A DNA stretch of 64,000 bases from the NCBI GenBank assembly GCA_902562135.1, contig CACESE010000003.1, positions 22,840-86,839 of the forward strand. Reading direction: 5' to 3'. The notes under the pieces are model-generated. The model worked only from the letters and a program-made list of their open reading frames with translations, ran no database searches and had not been told where the DNA came from. The translations under genes and the position numbers were made by a program. The stretch's first letter is position 1. The number at the start of each line of letters is the position of its first letter. This DNA comes from an uncultured SAR86 cluster bacterium (GTDB lineage: Bacteria; Pseudomonadota; Gammaproteobacteria; Magnimaribacterales; AG-339-G14). Shown in pieces: positions 44,958-54,821 of this stretch.

Positions 44958-46142
44958 TTACTTGTTGAACTCAAGAATATTTTTTTTAATGTGTTCAGCC
45001 ATGTCTTGATTTGAAAAGCCGCCTTGAGCCTCAAAACTTGCTTTATTTTCATCATACAATGAGTTTTCACTTTCTTTCCCCAAAGTAATGATATTTCCTT
45101 TAAAAAGTTGAAGATTAATGGTGCCACAGACTTTTTCAGACATAGAATCGATTCGTTTTTGCAAGTCCAATCTTTTATCACTCCACCACAAACCATCGTA
45201 AATTAGTTTCGCGTAGGAGGGCATAAATGCATCTTTTTCTAATATTTCGTCTCTTGATAAACACAACGATTCAATTGCTCGTCTTGCTTTGAGTAAAATT
45301 GTTCCGCCCGGAGTTTCATAACAACCTCTAGATTTCATGCCGGTTGCTCTAGATTCGACAATATCTATTCTACCGATTCCATGTTCACAACCTAAATTAT
45401 TCAAGACTTTCAAAAGTTCAGCTGCGGAATATTTAGTGTCATTTATTTCAATAGGATCACCCTTTTTGAAGGATATTTTAATTTCTTCTGCATCCGCTTT
45501 TGCATCATCTAAAGATTTTACTTTCAACCACATATCTTCAGGCGGTGGATTGGATAAATCTTCAAGCACCCCACCTTCATAAGAGATATGCAATAAATTT
45601 TCGTCCATCGAAAAAGGAGGTTCTTCTGCTTTACTAGCAGGCATAGGAATTTGATTTTCTTTACAATAATTCATTAAGTCTGTTCGAGATGATAAGTCCC
45701 ATTCTCGCCATGGGGCAATTACTTCAATATTTGGATTCAATGCATGCGCACCCATTTCAAATCGAATTTGATCGTTGCCCTTCCCAGTAGCTCCATGAGA
45801 AATTATGTTTGTATCTTCAGACGCAGCAATATCTACCAATCGTTTTGCAATTAATGGTCTAGCAATAGCAGTGCCGAGTAAATATTCTCCTTCATAAAGA
45901 GTATTACATCGAAACATTGGAAACACATAATTTGAAACAAACTCTTCAGACAAATCATCGACAATAACTTTTACCGCACCAAAGCCTTTAGCTCTTTTTT
46001 CTAGATCAGAAGGAATATCGCCTTGACCCATGTCTGCTGTATAAGTGACGACATCAAGATTTTTTTCTTCTTGAAGCCACTTCAGAATTACCGAAGTATC
46101 TAAACCTCCAGAATAAGCTAGAATTACTTTTTTTGATGCCAT
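44958..46142 (-). CDS. argG: Argininosuccinate synthase
   Basis: 394 aa. It has AYSGGLDTS and the following blocks canonical for ArgG. Confidence 0.95.
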   Translation of the reverse strand: MASKKVILAYSGGLDTSVILKWLQEEKNLDVVTYTADMGQGDIPSDLEKRAKGFGAVKVIVDDLSEEFVSNYVFPMFRCNTLYEGEYLLGTAIARPLIAKRLVDIAASEDTNIISHGATGKGNDQIRFEMGAHALNPNIEVIAPWREWDLSSRTDLMNYCKENQIPMPASKAEEPPFSMDENLLHISYEGGVLEDLSNPPPEDMWLKVKSLDDAKADAEEIKISFKKGDPIEINDTKYSAAELLKVLNNLGCEHGIGRIDIVESRATGMKSRGCYETPGGTILLKARRAIESLCLSRDEILEKDAFMPSYAKLIYDGLWWSDKRLDLQKRIDSMSEKVCGTINLQLFKGNIITLGKESENSLYDENKASFEAQGGFSNQDMAEHIKKNILEFNK

Positions 46143-46235
46143 GGTTGGGGAAATAATATCATGAGATGATTAATCTCAGATTTTTAATTATTAAGACTTT
46201 TATCTGCTTTAGAAGTTCTAAAAAAAACAAAAAAG

Positions 46236-46550
46236 TTATATTTCTACAGCGTCTATAAGAGTTTTGAGTTCACCACTTTGATACATGTCCATCATTATAT
46301 CGCTGCCGCCAATGAGCTCTCCCTCGATATACAACTGAGGAAAAGTCGGCCAATTTGAAACCGTAGGCAAAGTTTCTCTTATATCTGGATTAGATAAAAT
46401 ATCTACGAAAGAGAACTCTTTTCCGCAAGCCATTAAAATTTGCGTTGCTCTTTGTGAAAAACCGCATTGAGGTTTGTCTGGTGAGCCTTTCATGTAGAGA
46501 AGAATTTTATTATCTTCAATTTGTTTTTTTATATTTTCTTCAGTGCTCAT
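46236..46550 (-). CDS. grxD: Monothiol glutaredoxin (Grx4 family)
   Basis: 104 aa with the CGFS active site and WPTFPQLYI. Confidence 0.93.
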   Translation of the reverse strand: MSTEENIKKQIEDNKILLYMKGSPDKPQCGFSQRATQILMACGKEFSFVDILSNPDIRETLPTVSNWPTFPQLYIEGELIGGSDIMMDMYQSGELKTLIDAVEI

Positions 46551-46554
46551 AATT

Positions 46555-47295
46555 TTATTTTAATATTTTCAGGTATCTTTTAATAGTTTCTTCAAGCCCA
46601 AGATCTAAGCATTCAACAATTAAAGCATGTCCAATGGAAACTTCTTCAATGTTTCCATAACTTATAAGTGTAGCCAGATTAGATAAATTCAAGTCGTGCC
46701 CTGCATTTAATTTGAGATCAATTTCATTGGCGAAAAGAATTGCTTCCTCATAAATTTCTAAGGTTTTGGCATCTTGATTTTCAAAAGCTTTTGCAAACGG
46801 ACCAGTATAAAGTTCAACTCGATCTATCTTAATTTCTTTGGCTAACTGCAGCTGCTCCTTGATTGGGTCTAAAAAAATACTAGTTCTAATATTTTGATTT
46901 TTGTAACTGTCAGACAGCTCCTTAAGTTCAGTTGAAGTAGCTTTAAGATCCCAACCATGATCAGAAGTTAATTGATTAGAATCATCTGGCACTAAAGTAA
47001 CTTGATCTGGTTTGTTATTTTCAATCAATTTCGAAAATCCAGGATAATGATTATTTTCTTGCTCGAGAGGATTTCCTTCTATATTAAATTCTACGTCGTA
47101 CTCTTGAGTTATCTTTTTTATATCAGCCAAATCAGAGGGTTTTATATGCCTAAGATCTGGTCGCGGATGGACAGTGATCCCGTTCGCACCATTTTCTAAA
47201 CATTTTTCTGCGAATTCTAATGGTGAAGGATTGTTACCTGGACGAGAATTTCTTAATAAAGCTATTTTATTGATATTGACGCTTAAATTAGTCAT
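46555..47295 (-). CDS. pdxJ: Pyridoxine 5'-phosphate synthase
   Basis: 246 aa with LSVNINKIALLRNSR, GITVHPRPDLRHI and IGHALI. Confidence 0.92.
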   Translation of the reverse strand: MTNLSVNINKIALLRNSRPGNNPSPLEFAEKCLENGANGITVHPRPDLRHIKPSDLADIKKITQEYDVEFNIEGNPLEQENNHYPGFSKLIENNKPDQVTLVPDDSNQLTSDHGWDLKATSTELKELSDSYKNQNIRTSIFLDPIKEQLQLAKEIKIDRVELYTGPFAKAFENQDAKTLEIYEEAILFANEIDLKLNAGHDLNLSNLATLISYGNIEEVSIGHALIVECLDLGLEETIKRYLKILK

Positions 47296-47296
47296 T

Positions 47297-48049
47297 TTAA
47301 ATTGAAACTATAGTGAACCCATCATAAATTAATTTTGACCCTGTTAAAATCAAACAAAAGTGAGTAATCGAATAAAAAATCTCTTGACTGACCCTCTCTG
47401 TTAAATAGGCTCCAACATAAACTCCAATGGGGGCTAATGGCAATAATAAAAAAGAAGTCAAAAGATTATCAAAATTTATTTGTCCAAAGTAAGCGTAAGG
47501 TATTGTTTTAAACAGATTTAAAGCTAAAAAAACTATGGCAAGAGTAGATACGTAGATTCTGCGATCAAGTTTCATTGGAAGTAAATAAAAACTTAATGGC
47601 AATCCTCCCGCATGAATAGTAAAGCTTGTAAATCCAGCCAGTGAAGACCAAATTTTTCCGGAAATTTTTGTACTAGAGCTCACTTCTTTATTTTTATTTA
47701 TAAAATACTCAATCCCAAAGGAACAGGAAATGATTCCTAAGATAATTCTTATTGAATTGTCTGAGAGAAAACTATAGGTGATTGTTCCAATTATTACTCC
47801 TAAAAAAGTTAATGGAATCATGGATTTAATTAACTCGATGTTCCACAACTTCCAAAAACGTTTAATAGTTACTAAATCCATAAAAATTAAAGGAATTACT
47901 AGGATTGCTAATGCCTGTAGTGGAGGAATAAATAAACTCATTAACGGAATGGCTAAAATAGGAAGTCCTAAACCAAAACCAGCTTTCCCCATACCATGAA
48001 AAAAAACTGACAATACCGCAACTACATAAAAATAGGGATCAAGAATCAT
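47297..48049 (-). CDS. TSUP (TauE/SafE) family anion exporter
   Basis: 250 aa with 7-8 TM helices, Gly-rich helix starts and the internal repeat typical of the TauE family. Confidence 0.65.
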   Translation of the reverse strand: MILDPYFYVVAVLSVFFHGMGKAGFGLGLPILAIPLMSLFIPPLQALAILVIPLIFMDLVTIKRFWKLWNIELIKSMIPLTFLGVIIGTITYSFLSDNSIRIILGIISCSFGIEYFINKNKEVSSSTKISGKIWSSLAGFTSFTIHAGGLPLSFYLLPMKLDRRIYVSTLAIVFLALNLFKTIPYAYFGQINFDNLLTSFLLLPLAPIGVYVGAYLTERVSQEIFYSITHFCLILTGSKLIYDGFTIVSI

Positions 48050-48055
48050 TAAAAT

Positions 48056-49273
48056 TTAAAGAGCCTTGTAAAGGCTTTTAGTCAAATCGTTAGCTGATTT
48101 ATAAAGTTTACCGAGTGAATGTTGTCTATTATTAATAAATGCAAAACCTATTTTATTGACTTTATCTCCGAAGCCAGCAGCACCACCAATTCCGGTGTGC
48201 CCAAACATTGTATTTTTGTATCCAATTGGAGAAAAAGGCGCATCAAGCATATAACCCAAGCCAAATTTATAGGGCGCTTGAAGTAAAACCTTATCAGGTC
48301 CAATTGAAAATTCCGTTGTTGCGAGGTCAATTGTTTCTTGATCTAAAATCTTTTTGCCATCCCTTGAGCCGCCGTTAGACAGAATTCCAAAAAATTTCGC
48401 CACCCCTCTTGCAGTGCCGTGTCCATTGGCAGCTGGGATTTCTCCTTTACGCCATTGAGGACTGTTTGGAAAATCAGTAACGGATCTTAAATTTTGATCG
48501 TCCTGAACTATTTCAATAAAAGCTTTTCGATACTCTGCACTTGAAAGAGTATCTCCAATTGCTCGAATCCTGCTTGGAAGTAGCCATCTAGGGATTCTTC
48601 TAAAAAAATTAATAACGTTTATTGGAGCTTCCTGCATGATCATTTCAGCACATCTTTCAAATTCACTTTCATCTAAACCTATTTTGAAATCAATATCGAA
48701 AATATCTGCAATCTCTTCTTTGAAAAAAGTTCCTACCGATCTACCATCAACTCTCCTAATAATCTCACCTAACAAGAATCCGAAGGTCATAGCATGATAT
48801 CCTTGAGCGGTGCCAGGAACATGAAATGGTTCTTGTTTAGCCAATTGATTGACAATCAAGTCCCAATCTTCCCAACATTCATATGGCAAAGGTTCTTGAA
48901 ATCCAAACATCCCAGCACGATGGGTAAAAAAATCTTTTATTGTAGTATCCCCTTTTGACTTACAATCGTACTCAGGCCAGTACCTGGAAACTCTATCGCC
49001 TAAATTTATTTTTTTTTCTTCCAATAATTTAAGAGCACATGTTGCGGTCATTGCCTTGGTCACGGAAAAAACGTTGGCAATAGTATCCTCAGTCCATACT
49101 TCCGTATGCTCTTTATCTTTATAACCTCCCCACATGTCAATAACCAACTCATTTTCAATTTCCAAAGAGAGAGCAGCACCATCATCAAAACCAGATTTTA
49201 TTGCTTTGGAAAAAATATCTCCAAGTTTAGAAAACTTTGAATCACAAAATCCTTCAACCTTAGTAACAGTCAT
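48056..49273 (-). CDS. Serine hydrolase, beta-lactamase-related esterase family
   Basis: 405 aa with SxxK in FSVTKAMTA and HTGIGG near the C-terminus. It has no signal peptide. Confidence 0.72.
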   Translation of the reverse strand: MTVTKVEGFCDSKFSKLGDIFSKAIKSGFDDGAALSLEIENELVIDMWGGYKDKEHTEVWTEDTIANVFSVTKAMTATCALKLLEEKKINLGDRVSRYWPEYDCKSKGDTTIKDFFTHRAGMFGFQEPLPYECWEDWDLIVNQLAKQEPFHVPGTAQGYHAMTFGFLLGEIIRRVDGRSVGTFFKEEIADIFDIDFKIGLDESEFERCAEMIMQEAPINVINFFRRIPRWLLPSRIRAIGDTLSSAEYRKAFIEIVQDDQNLRSVTDFPNSPQWRKGEIPAANGHGTARGVAKFFGILSNGGSRDGKKILDQETIDLATTEFSIGPDKVLLQAPYKFGLGYMLDAPFSPIGYKNTMFGHTGIGGAAGFGDKVNKIGFAFINNRQHSLGKLYKSANDLTKSLYKAL

Positions 49274-50151
49274 TTTTTTAAAATATTTTGTATTAACTCA
49301 ATAAACTCTTCTGGCATATCTAAGAATAAATGATGCATGGCACCATCAAGTTTATGCATCTTATTTTGGTCTAAATTACCAACGTAGACCATATAGTCTA
49401 TAACATCTTGAGAATAAAGTTGGCTGGAGCCTCCGTACACTATTTCAATATCAACTTTGGCTTTCATAAAAATTTCGTGCAAATCATTGTATTCGTAGGT
49501 TTTTGGTATGAGTGGATCTGCTTTAAGGGTCCAACCCTCTTCGGTTTGTTTATATGAATGCTCAGCAACGTTTCTTAAAACAAAGTCTTTTGCACAAGGC
49601 TGCGGTGGCATCAGTCTAAACCTAGAAATTGCATCTTCTAAATCTTCTGAAAATACTGCAAATCTTGACGACGGCCTACTGGATTTCATTGCTGCAGCTC
49701 TCTCGGGAGGTAAAACTATTATTGAGTCTAATAAGATCAATTTTGAAAATAAATTCGGAAAAAGGGAAGTAGAGTACATTGACACCGCGCCACCCATGCT
49801 GTGAGCTAAACAAATCACAGAATCCCAGCCCATTGCATTCACAACGCCTTTGATTTCTTTGCTGTAGATTTCCTGAGAGTAAAAATCTCTACGCCCACTG
49901 TCACCCATGCCACTAAAATCCATGGCGACAACACAATATTCTTCCATAAAAGCTGGAGCAATATGTGACCACCAAAGACTATGAGCATTAAAGCCATGCA
50001 ATAAAAGGAGACCAGGAAGGTTTTTATCTCCCCAAACATTAAAATTTATCGAAGCTCCATCTACTTCGACAGAATTATTTTCTGGTTCAATTTCAATATT
50101 ACGCGTGAACCATTCGGGTTTCTCATTGAGCGGGTTATTTCCAATAAGCAT
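49270..50151 (-). CDS. Alpha/beta-fold hydrolase
   Basis: 293 aa with HGFNAHS (oxyanion region) and the nucleophile elbow AHSMGG. It has no signal peptide. Confidence 0.75.
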   Translation of the reverse strand: MLIGNNPLNEKPEWFTRNIEIEPENNSVEVDGASINFNVWGDKNLPGLLLLHGFNAHSLWWSHIAPAFMEEYCVVAMDFSGMGDSGRRDFYSQEIYSKEIKGVVNAMGWDSVICLAHSMGGAVSMYSTSLFPNLFSKLILLDSIIVLPPERAAAMKSSRPSSRFAVFSEDLEDAISRFRLMPPQPCAKDFVLRNVAEHSYKQTEEGWTLKADPLIPKTYEYNDLHEIFMKAKVDIEIVYGGSSQLYSQDVIDYMVYVGNLDQNKMHKLDGAMHHLFLDMPEEFIELIQNILKK

Positions 50152-50876
50152 TAATTATCTCCGTAAAAAAAATTATACAAATTTCCTTTAATTTTAACGT
50201 CTGGTGCACGACTCAGCGGCTTTCTTATGAGTTTTGAAATTTTTGATATAACCATTTCTGAATTAGCTACTAATACGTAGTTTAACTCTTTATCCACGTT
50301 GAAATTTCCCTTCAAAATATCTTGATTTGGTGTGCTATAAAAATCACCAATTAATTTTTTATCTTTGCATCCCAAGATAACTTCCATTTCTGTAGTTACT
50401 TCTTGATTCAAAAGCCCGCGTCTATCCATATCAGCAAAAAGATTGCCTGAAGCTTCGTAGCAACCGTCTATATCAAAAGTCATGTTGATGTTATTGCCAG
50501 AGAAAGAGGAAATAGAAGGTATTCTTTGTAAAAACCTTCTAGATCCAATTTCAAAATTAACTTCTCTAAGATTAATTCGTCTCTCAATCAATGTGCCAAT
50601 TAAATTGAGCTTTCCCTCTACCAGAACTTCATTGTCATTAAGAAAAAATTCTAAGCTCCTCAAATCTGTTTGGGTTTTAAGATCTCCAAGATATTCATTA
50701 GCAAAAGATAAATCTGAAATTTCTCCTGACCAGATAGTTCCTTCGATTTTACTATAAGTTATCTCTGGGAAATTCTCAGACAATATCGGTTTTATAACAC
50801 TAAGTGGCAAGTTAATAGTCACTACAAAGAGAGTTATAAAAAGACTGGAAATAATAAAAAAAATAAAATATTTCAT
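50151..50876 (-). CDS. gspN: Type II secretion system protein N
   Basis: 241 aa with an N-terminal TM anchor and an EGTIWSGE motif. It is the last gene of the gsp cluster. Confidence 0.65.
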   Translation of the reverse strand: MKYFIFFIISSLFITLFVVTINLPLSVIKPILSENFPEITYSKIEGTIWSGEISDLSFANEYLGDLKTQTDLRSLEFFLNDNEVLVEGKLNLIGTLIERRINLREVNFEIGSRRFLQRIPSISSFSGNNINMTFDIDGCYEASGNLFADMDRRGLLNQEVTTEMEVILGCKDKKLIGDFYSTPNQDILKGNFNVDKELNYVLVANSEMVISKISKLIRKPLSRAPDVKIKGNLYNFFYGDN

Positions 50877-50880
50877 ATTT

Positions 50881-51339
50881 TTAAGATTTAAAAGTTAACT
50901 GAGCACTAACTGAATCTCCGGAAACTCTTCTTATATTCATTTTTGTAATCTCAACATTATTATTATTAACCTCTAAAAGCCAATTAAATAAATCAACAAA
51001 ATTAGATTCATTTATCCAAATGGATATTTCACCATCAGACAAAGGTAAAGAGCGATCAATTTTAAGATTCTTATCCAGTGCGGATGTATTTAAAGAAGAT
51101 ACAAAATTACTCGAGAAATTTGATCTTGAAATTATTTCTTGATCCTTTATTGAAGATAGAAATTCTATTCTACTAATAGTAATTTCATTTTCTTTTTTTA
51201 TATCCAAAATAATATTATTTAGAGTAAAAATTATAGAAATTAAAAAATAAAAACTTACAAATAGAAAAGTTCCAAAAAGAATAATTTGGTGCAATCTCGT
51301 AAGTTTTATATCGAACATATTTTTAAAAATTTCTAACAT
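50881..51339 (-). CDS. gspM: Type II secretion system protein M
   Basis: 152 aa and bitopic, with the size and position between gspL and gspN expected for GspM. Confidence 0.65.
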   Translation of the reverse strand: MLEIFKNMFDIKLTRLHQIILFGTFLFVSFYFLISIIFTLNNIILDIKKENEITISRIEFLSSIKDQEIISRSNFSSNFVSSLNTSALDKNLKIDRSLPLSDGEISIWINESNFVDLFNWLLEVNNNNVEITKMNIRRVSGDSVSAQLTFKS

Positions 51340-52459
51340 CCAACTCCCCTATGAGTAAATTGTTTGAGCGTCTAGAACTACCAATTGATATATCAACACC
51401 TGAATTAGCCATAAGCCTTACCAAATTTTCAATTTCTTGATAGTCAATAGCCTCTACTTCGATTGATAACTTATTCGAATCTGAATTAATTGAGATCAGG
51501 CTAATATTATCCATTATAGAAATTTCATTGGATATAAGTCCCAGCAAATCTAAATTTTTTTTTGTAAATGAATTTATATTTACTAAATTATTTACCTGAG
51601 AAATTAAGTCATTTTTTAAAGTTTCATTGGGAAATTTTTCATTAAATATTCCAGAAAGTTGATTTTTAAATTGATAATTAGAAATTGATAAAGCGCTAAT
51701 TTGAATTAAAGCTGAAAATAGAAAAATTGAATAAACCGCTATGCCAGTATAAAAAAGGATTTTCCATTCTTTAAATTTTTTTAACCAATCTATTTTGGGC
51801 TCAAAAGTTCCTTTTAAGATATTAATTTCTTTTTTGATATCGGGTATGTTTTCGCTCCAAAGAGATTGAATATCTTTATGAGATTTAAACTTTAAAAAAT
51901 TTTTACTTTTTAAAGCCTCAGGAATTCTTTCCAAAACATGACATTGAATTATCTGATTTTTTGAATATTCTTCTAGATAAGGCAAATAAGATTCAAAAAT
52001 TTCTAAATTTCCCGACCAATACCATTTTTTATTCAAAGCTATGATTACTTTATCTCTGATAATTATTAATTTATCTTCTTCAAAGGAAGCTTCTATGGGT
52101 TGCAAAGACGAAGTAGAAAATAAATCAATATCTTTGATAAGTTCTTCCAAATCATTTTTTTTTGCTAGCAATAAAATTCCCTCTTTGTTGTTCAAATACT
52201 TTGAATAATTTTCGCCATCATCAAGTATTTGATCTTCTATGAGGAATGGTATGGCTTTTTTTTGATTTGCTAGACTTGTATCAGGAAGTTTTATTTCAAA
52301 GGAATTAAATAAATCAGATATTAAAAAGAAATTTTTTTGAACTCTAGGAAAATTAATGATTTCATTTTCGCTAATTATATTTTTTTTGCCGTCCGTCTCT
52401 AGAAAAAATAATTTTTCTTTCGAATAGTAGTCATAAATAACATAAATCAATTTATTCAT
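51323..52459 (-). CDS. gspL: Type II secretion system protein L
   Basis: 378 aa. It has a cytoplasmic actin-like N-domain (AIPFLIEDQILDD), a single TM and a periplasmic domain. It sits in the canonical position. Confidence 0.7.
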   Translation of the reverse strand: MNKLIYVIYDYYSKEKLFFLETDGKKNIISENEIINFPRVQKNFFLISDLFNSFEIKLPDTSLANQKKAIPFLIEDQILDDGENYSKYLNNKEGILLLAKKNDLEELIKDIDLFSTSSLQPIEASFEEDKLIIIRDKVIIALNKKWYWSGNLEIFESYLPYLEEYSKNQIIQCHVLERIPEALKSKNFLKFKSHKDIQSLWSENIPDIKKEINILKGTFEPKIDWLKKFKEWKILFYTGIAVYSIFLFSALIQISALSISNYQFKNQLSGIFNEKFPNETLKNDLISQVNNLVNINSFTKKNLDLLGLISNEISIMDNISLISINSDSNKLSIEVEAIDYQEIENLVRLMANSGVDISIGSSRRSNNLLIGELDVRNF

Positions 52460-53448
52460 AATGAATTACCTTTCTTTCTTGAGATAATTTGCATAGTTTC
52501 TTTTTCTTTCAAAAATCCAGTGTTCATTATAAATGTGAACTCATCAAATTTTATCTGAGTTTTTAAATTAAAATAAAATGGCTCGGTCGTAAGTTTTTCC
52601 TTGGCAAATTTTGTAGCAAAACTTTTTTTTATAAAGTCATCATTAAAAAAATCTCCTATTTTTTGAAAGCCTTCTAAAGGTCTATTCTCAATAATATTGA
52701 TAGCATCTTGATCAGTTATTTTATTCTCGCTTAGTGCAACTAAAATTTTTGGCTTTAAAGGCGAAATAGAATTCAAATTTATTAAATTTAATTCATTTGG
52801 CAACGCGCAGATGTAAGGCTTTAAGTTTTGATATATATCTTCACTAATTCCTTTAACTTGTCTGATTTCATTGATATTTTGAAAATAATCATTATCTGGT
52901 AAATATGGAGATTCTAAATTTGAGTAGTAATAATCTTCTGCTCCGTTGTAATTATCAGGAAAGTCATCAAAATCCATCCAGTCTGTGAGAGACGAAGATA
53001 TGAGTTCAACTTTTTCATCTGGTGTATCCAGACTGATTAATAAGTTTTTAAAAAATTTTAACTCTTCTTGATTTACGATTTTCTTATTACTTTTTTCTAT
53101 GTTAGTTACCAATACATTGATGTTGAAACAATCGCTTTTATCTTCGATTTGAGCCAGAACATCGCCTCTCTCTATTGGAATTTTTATAGGACTATAAGGA
53201 TCATATTTATTTGTCATTAATGATAATGAATTTCTTTTTTCTGAAGAACTTATGAAGTCTAAAGTGTATTCCTCCAAACTCAGCACTAAAAGAAGCGATT
53301 GCTGGTCACTTAAATATTTTTTTTCTAACTCAGATGTAAAAATTGTAATGTCAAAAAGCCTATAACCTATTAAAGACACAACAGAGGTTATCAACAACGA
53401 TAAAAGAAGAGCTGCTCCTCTTTCAATTTTTATATCTTTCTTAAGCAT
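52456..53448 (-). CDS. gspK: Type II secretion minor pseudopilin K
   Basis: 330 aa. It has an N-terminal RGAALLLSLLITSV hydrophobic segment without the conserved Glu5, and the large size typical of GspK. Confidence 0.72.
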   Translation of the reverse strand: MLKKDIKIERGAALLLSLLITSVVSLIGYRLFDITIFTSELEKKYLSDQQSLLLVLSLEEYTLDFISSSEKRNSLSLMTNKYDPYSPIKIPIERGDVLAQIEDKSDCFNINVLVTNIEKSNKKIVNQEELKFFKNLLISLDTPDEKVELISSSLTDWMDFDDFPDNYNGAEDYYYSNLESPYLPDNDYFQNINEIRQVKGISEDIYQNLKPYICALPNELNLINLNSISPLKPKILVALSENKITDQDAINIIENRPLEGFQKIGDFFNDDFIKKSFATKFAKEKLTTEPFYFNLKTQIKFDEFTFIMNTGFLKEKETMQIISRKKGNSL

Positions 53449-54013
53449 TGGAAACTATAAAAATTTTTTTAAAAAAAACTTCTCCTATTTTTATGTTGAA
53501 TTTGAGTAGTTTTGGAATATTTTCAGGTTCAAAAGAAGAAAAAGAACTCGATAAAGGTTTTTGTATCTCAATTTCAGAAACATCTGAAATTAATGCTAAT
53601 GGGTTACTTGAATATGGAGAATTTAGAAAATTACTTACATATCGATTTAAAGTTCCATTTTCTAAAATATATTTTACTTTGAACATGGATCCAGTATTTC
53701 CCAATCCGTCGCTGGAAGAAAACCTAACAAACTCTATAGCTGTTCCATTTTCAATTAAAAAAGGTGAAATAAAGAAAATTTGTTTTTTAACTCCAAATTC
53801 ATTTCGAGCTAATTTATCTGAAGCATGAATTAAGTCGTCTCTTATTACTTCCGTAGCAACGATAAGTTGTTTTAAATTGTCTGTTTTAGAATTTATTTGA
53901 AAAAAAGAATTTGCCGAAGAAGATAAAAAGGATAAAGAAATTAAGGCAGTCATACTAAAAATGAATAAGACAATTAACATTTCTATCAAAGAGTAGCCTT
54001 TGCTGATTTTCAT
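53441..54013 (-). CDS. gspJ: Type II secretion minor pseudopilin J
   Basis: 190 aa. It has the prepilin N-terminus KGYSLIEMLIVLFIF. The internal FVRFSS...FKVKYILENGTLNRY and the C-terminal pattern resemble GspJ rather than GspH. Confidence 0.7.
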   Translation of the reverse strand: MKISKGYSLIEMLIVLFIFSMTALISLSFLSSSANSFFQINSKTDNLKQLIVATEVIRDDLIHASDKLARNEFGVKKQIFFISPFLIENGTAIEFVRFSSSDGLGNTGSMFKVKYILENGTLNRYVSNFLNSPYSSNPLALISDVSEIEIQKPLSSSFSSFEPENIPKLLKFNIKIGEVFFKKIFIVSNA

Positions 54014-54360
54014 TTAAGTGTTTTGAATATTTCTAATTTGTATGGGTTGGACTCAGTTTCAGATGCTACTTCCACTGATATGCTTAACGAATTCTGAGAT
54101 CTGTTGATATTAATATTCCTTCTCCAAATATAAGAATTACCCATCATAATTTCCGATTGAGTGGAGATGTTATTAGTTAGAAAATTATTATCGTAAAAAG
54201 AAAGCAGAAGAATATTTTCTGCAATGGTTGAAGAATAAAAATCGTCTTTTAATTTCAAATAACTATTTGTTGAAAAACTAATACTCGATAGTCCTGCTGC
54301 AGCAACTATAGATAAAATTAATAAAGAAACTAAAACTTCTACTAAGGTAAAACCTTTCAC
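54010..54360 (-). CDS. gspI: Type II secretion minor pseudopilin I
   Basis: 116 aa with the prepilin N-terminus KGFTLVEVLVSLLILSIV. Its size is typical of GspI. Confidence 0.72.
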   Translation of the reverse strand: MKGFTLVEVLVSLLILSIVAAAGLSSISFSTNSYLKLKDDFYSSTIAENILLLSFYDNNFLTNNISTQSEIMMGNSYIWRRNININRSQNSLSISVEVASETESNPYKLEIFKTLK

Positions 54361-54365
54361 TCAAA

Positions 54366-54821
54366 TCAATCCAAATTAGATATGTCACTATCAAGACCTT
54401 CTCCCCCTTTTTGGCCATCTGCGCCAAAGGAAATAATCTCAAATGGACTATTGTTTTTTCCTGGCCTTTCGTATTGATAGTCATTGCCCCATGGGTCAAG
54501 CTCTAACCTCCTTATGTAGCCGCCTTGGCGATATCTATCTGAAAATCTATTGTTAGAGGGTTTTTCTATCAACGCATTCAAACCTTCTTGTTTTGTAGGG
54601 TAAGAGAACATATCTAACCTATAAAGCTCTAAAGCTTGTTCCATAATCCTGATATCGGCCTTTGCTTTATCTACCCTTGCTCGATCTTGACTAGGCAAGA
54701 CATTTATAGCCACAACAGCAGTTAGCATTCCAATAATCATAAGAACAACTAATATTTCAATAAGGCTGAATCCATTTTCCAATGATTTAACATTAAAATT
54801 TTTTCTTATCTTTTTTTTCAT
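54366..54821 (-). CDS. gspG: Type II secretion major pseudopilin G
   Basis: 151 aa. It has the cleavage/methylation site G|FSLIEILVVLMIIG followed by DRARVDKAKADIRIMEQALELYRLD...DPWGN.Y, which is canonical GspG. Confidence 0.9.
   Translation of the reverse strand: MKKKIRKNFNVKSLENGFSLIEILVVLMIIGMLTAVVAINVLPSQDRARVDKAKADIRIMEQALELYRLDMFSYPTKQEGLNALIEKPSNNRFSDRYRQGGYIRRLELDPWGNDYQYERPGKNNSPFEIISFGADGQKGGEGLDSDISNLD

Noticed and set aside
46191-46215. The inverted repeat TTTAGAA-g-TTCTAAA followed by an A-run after grxD, considered as a terminator.
   Set aside because: A 1-nt loop cannot form. On the transcribed minus strand the U-run precedes the repeat rather than following it.
48056-50151. 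The alpha/beta hydrolase and beta-lactamase-family esterase directly downstream of gspN, considered as T2SS cargo.
   Set aside because: Neither protein has an N-terminal signal peptide (MLIGNNPLNEKPEW...; MTVTKVEGFCDSKF...). T2SS substrates must first reach the periplasm via Sec or Tat.
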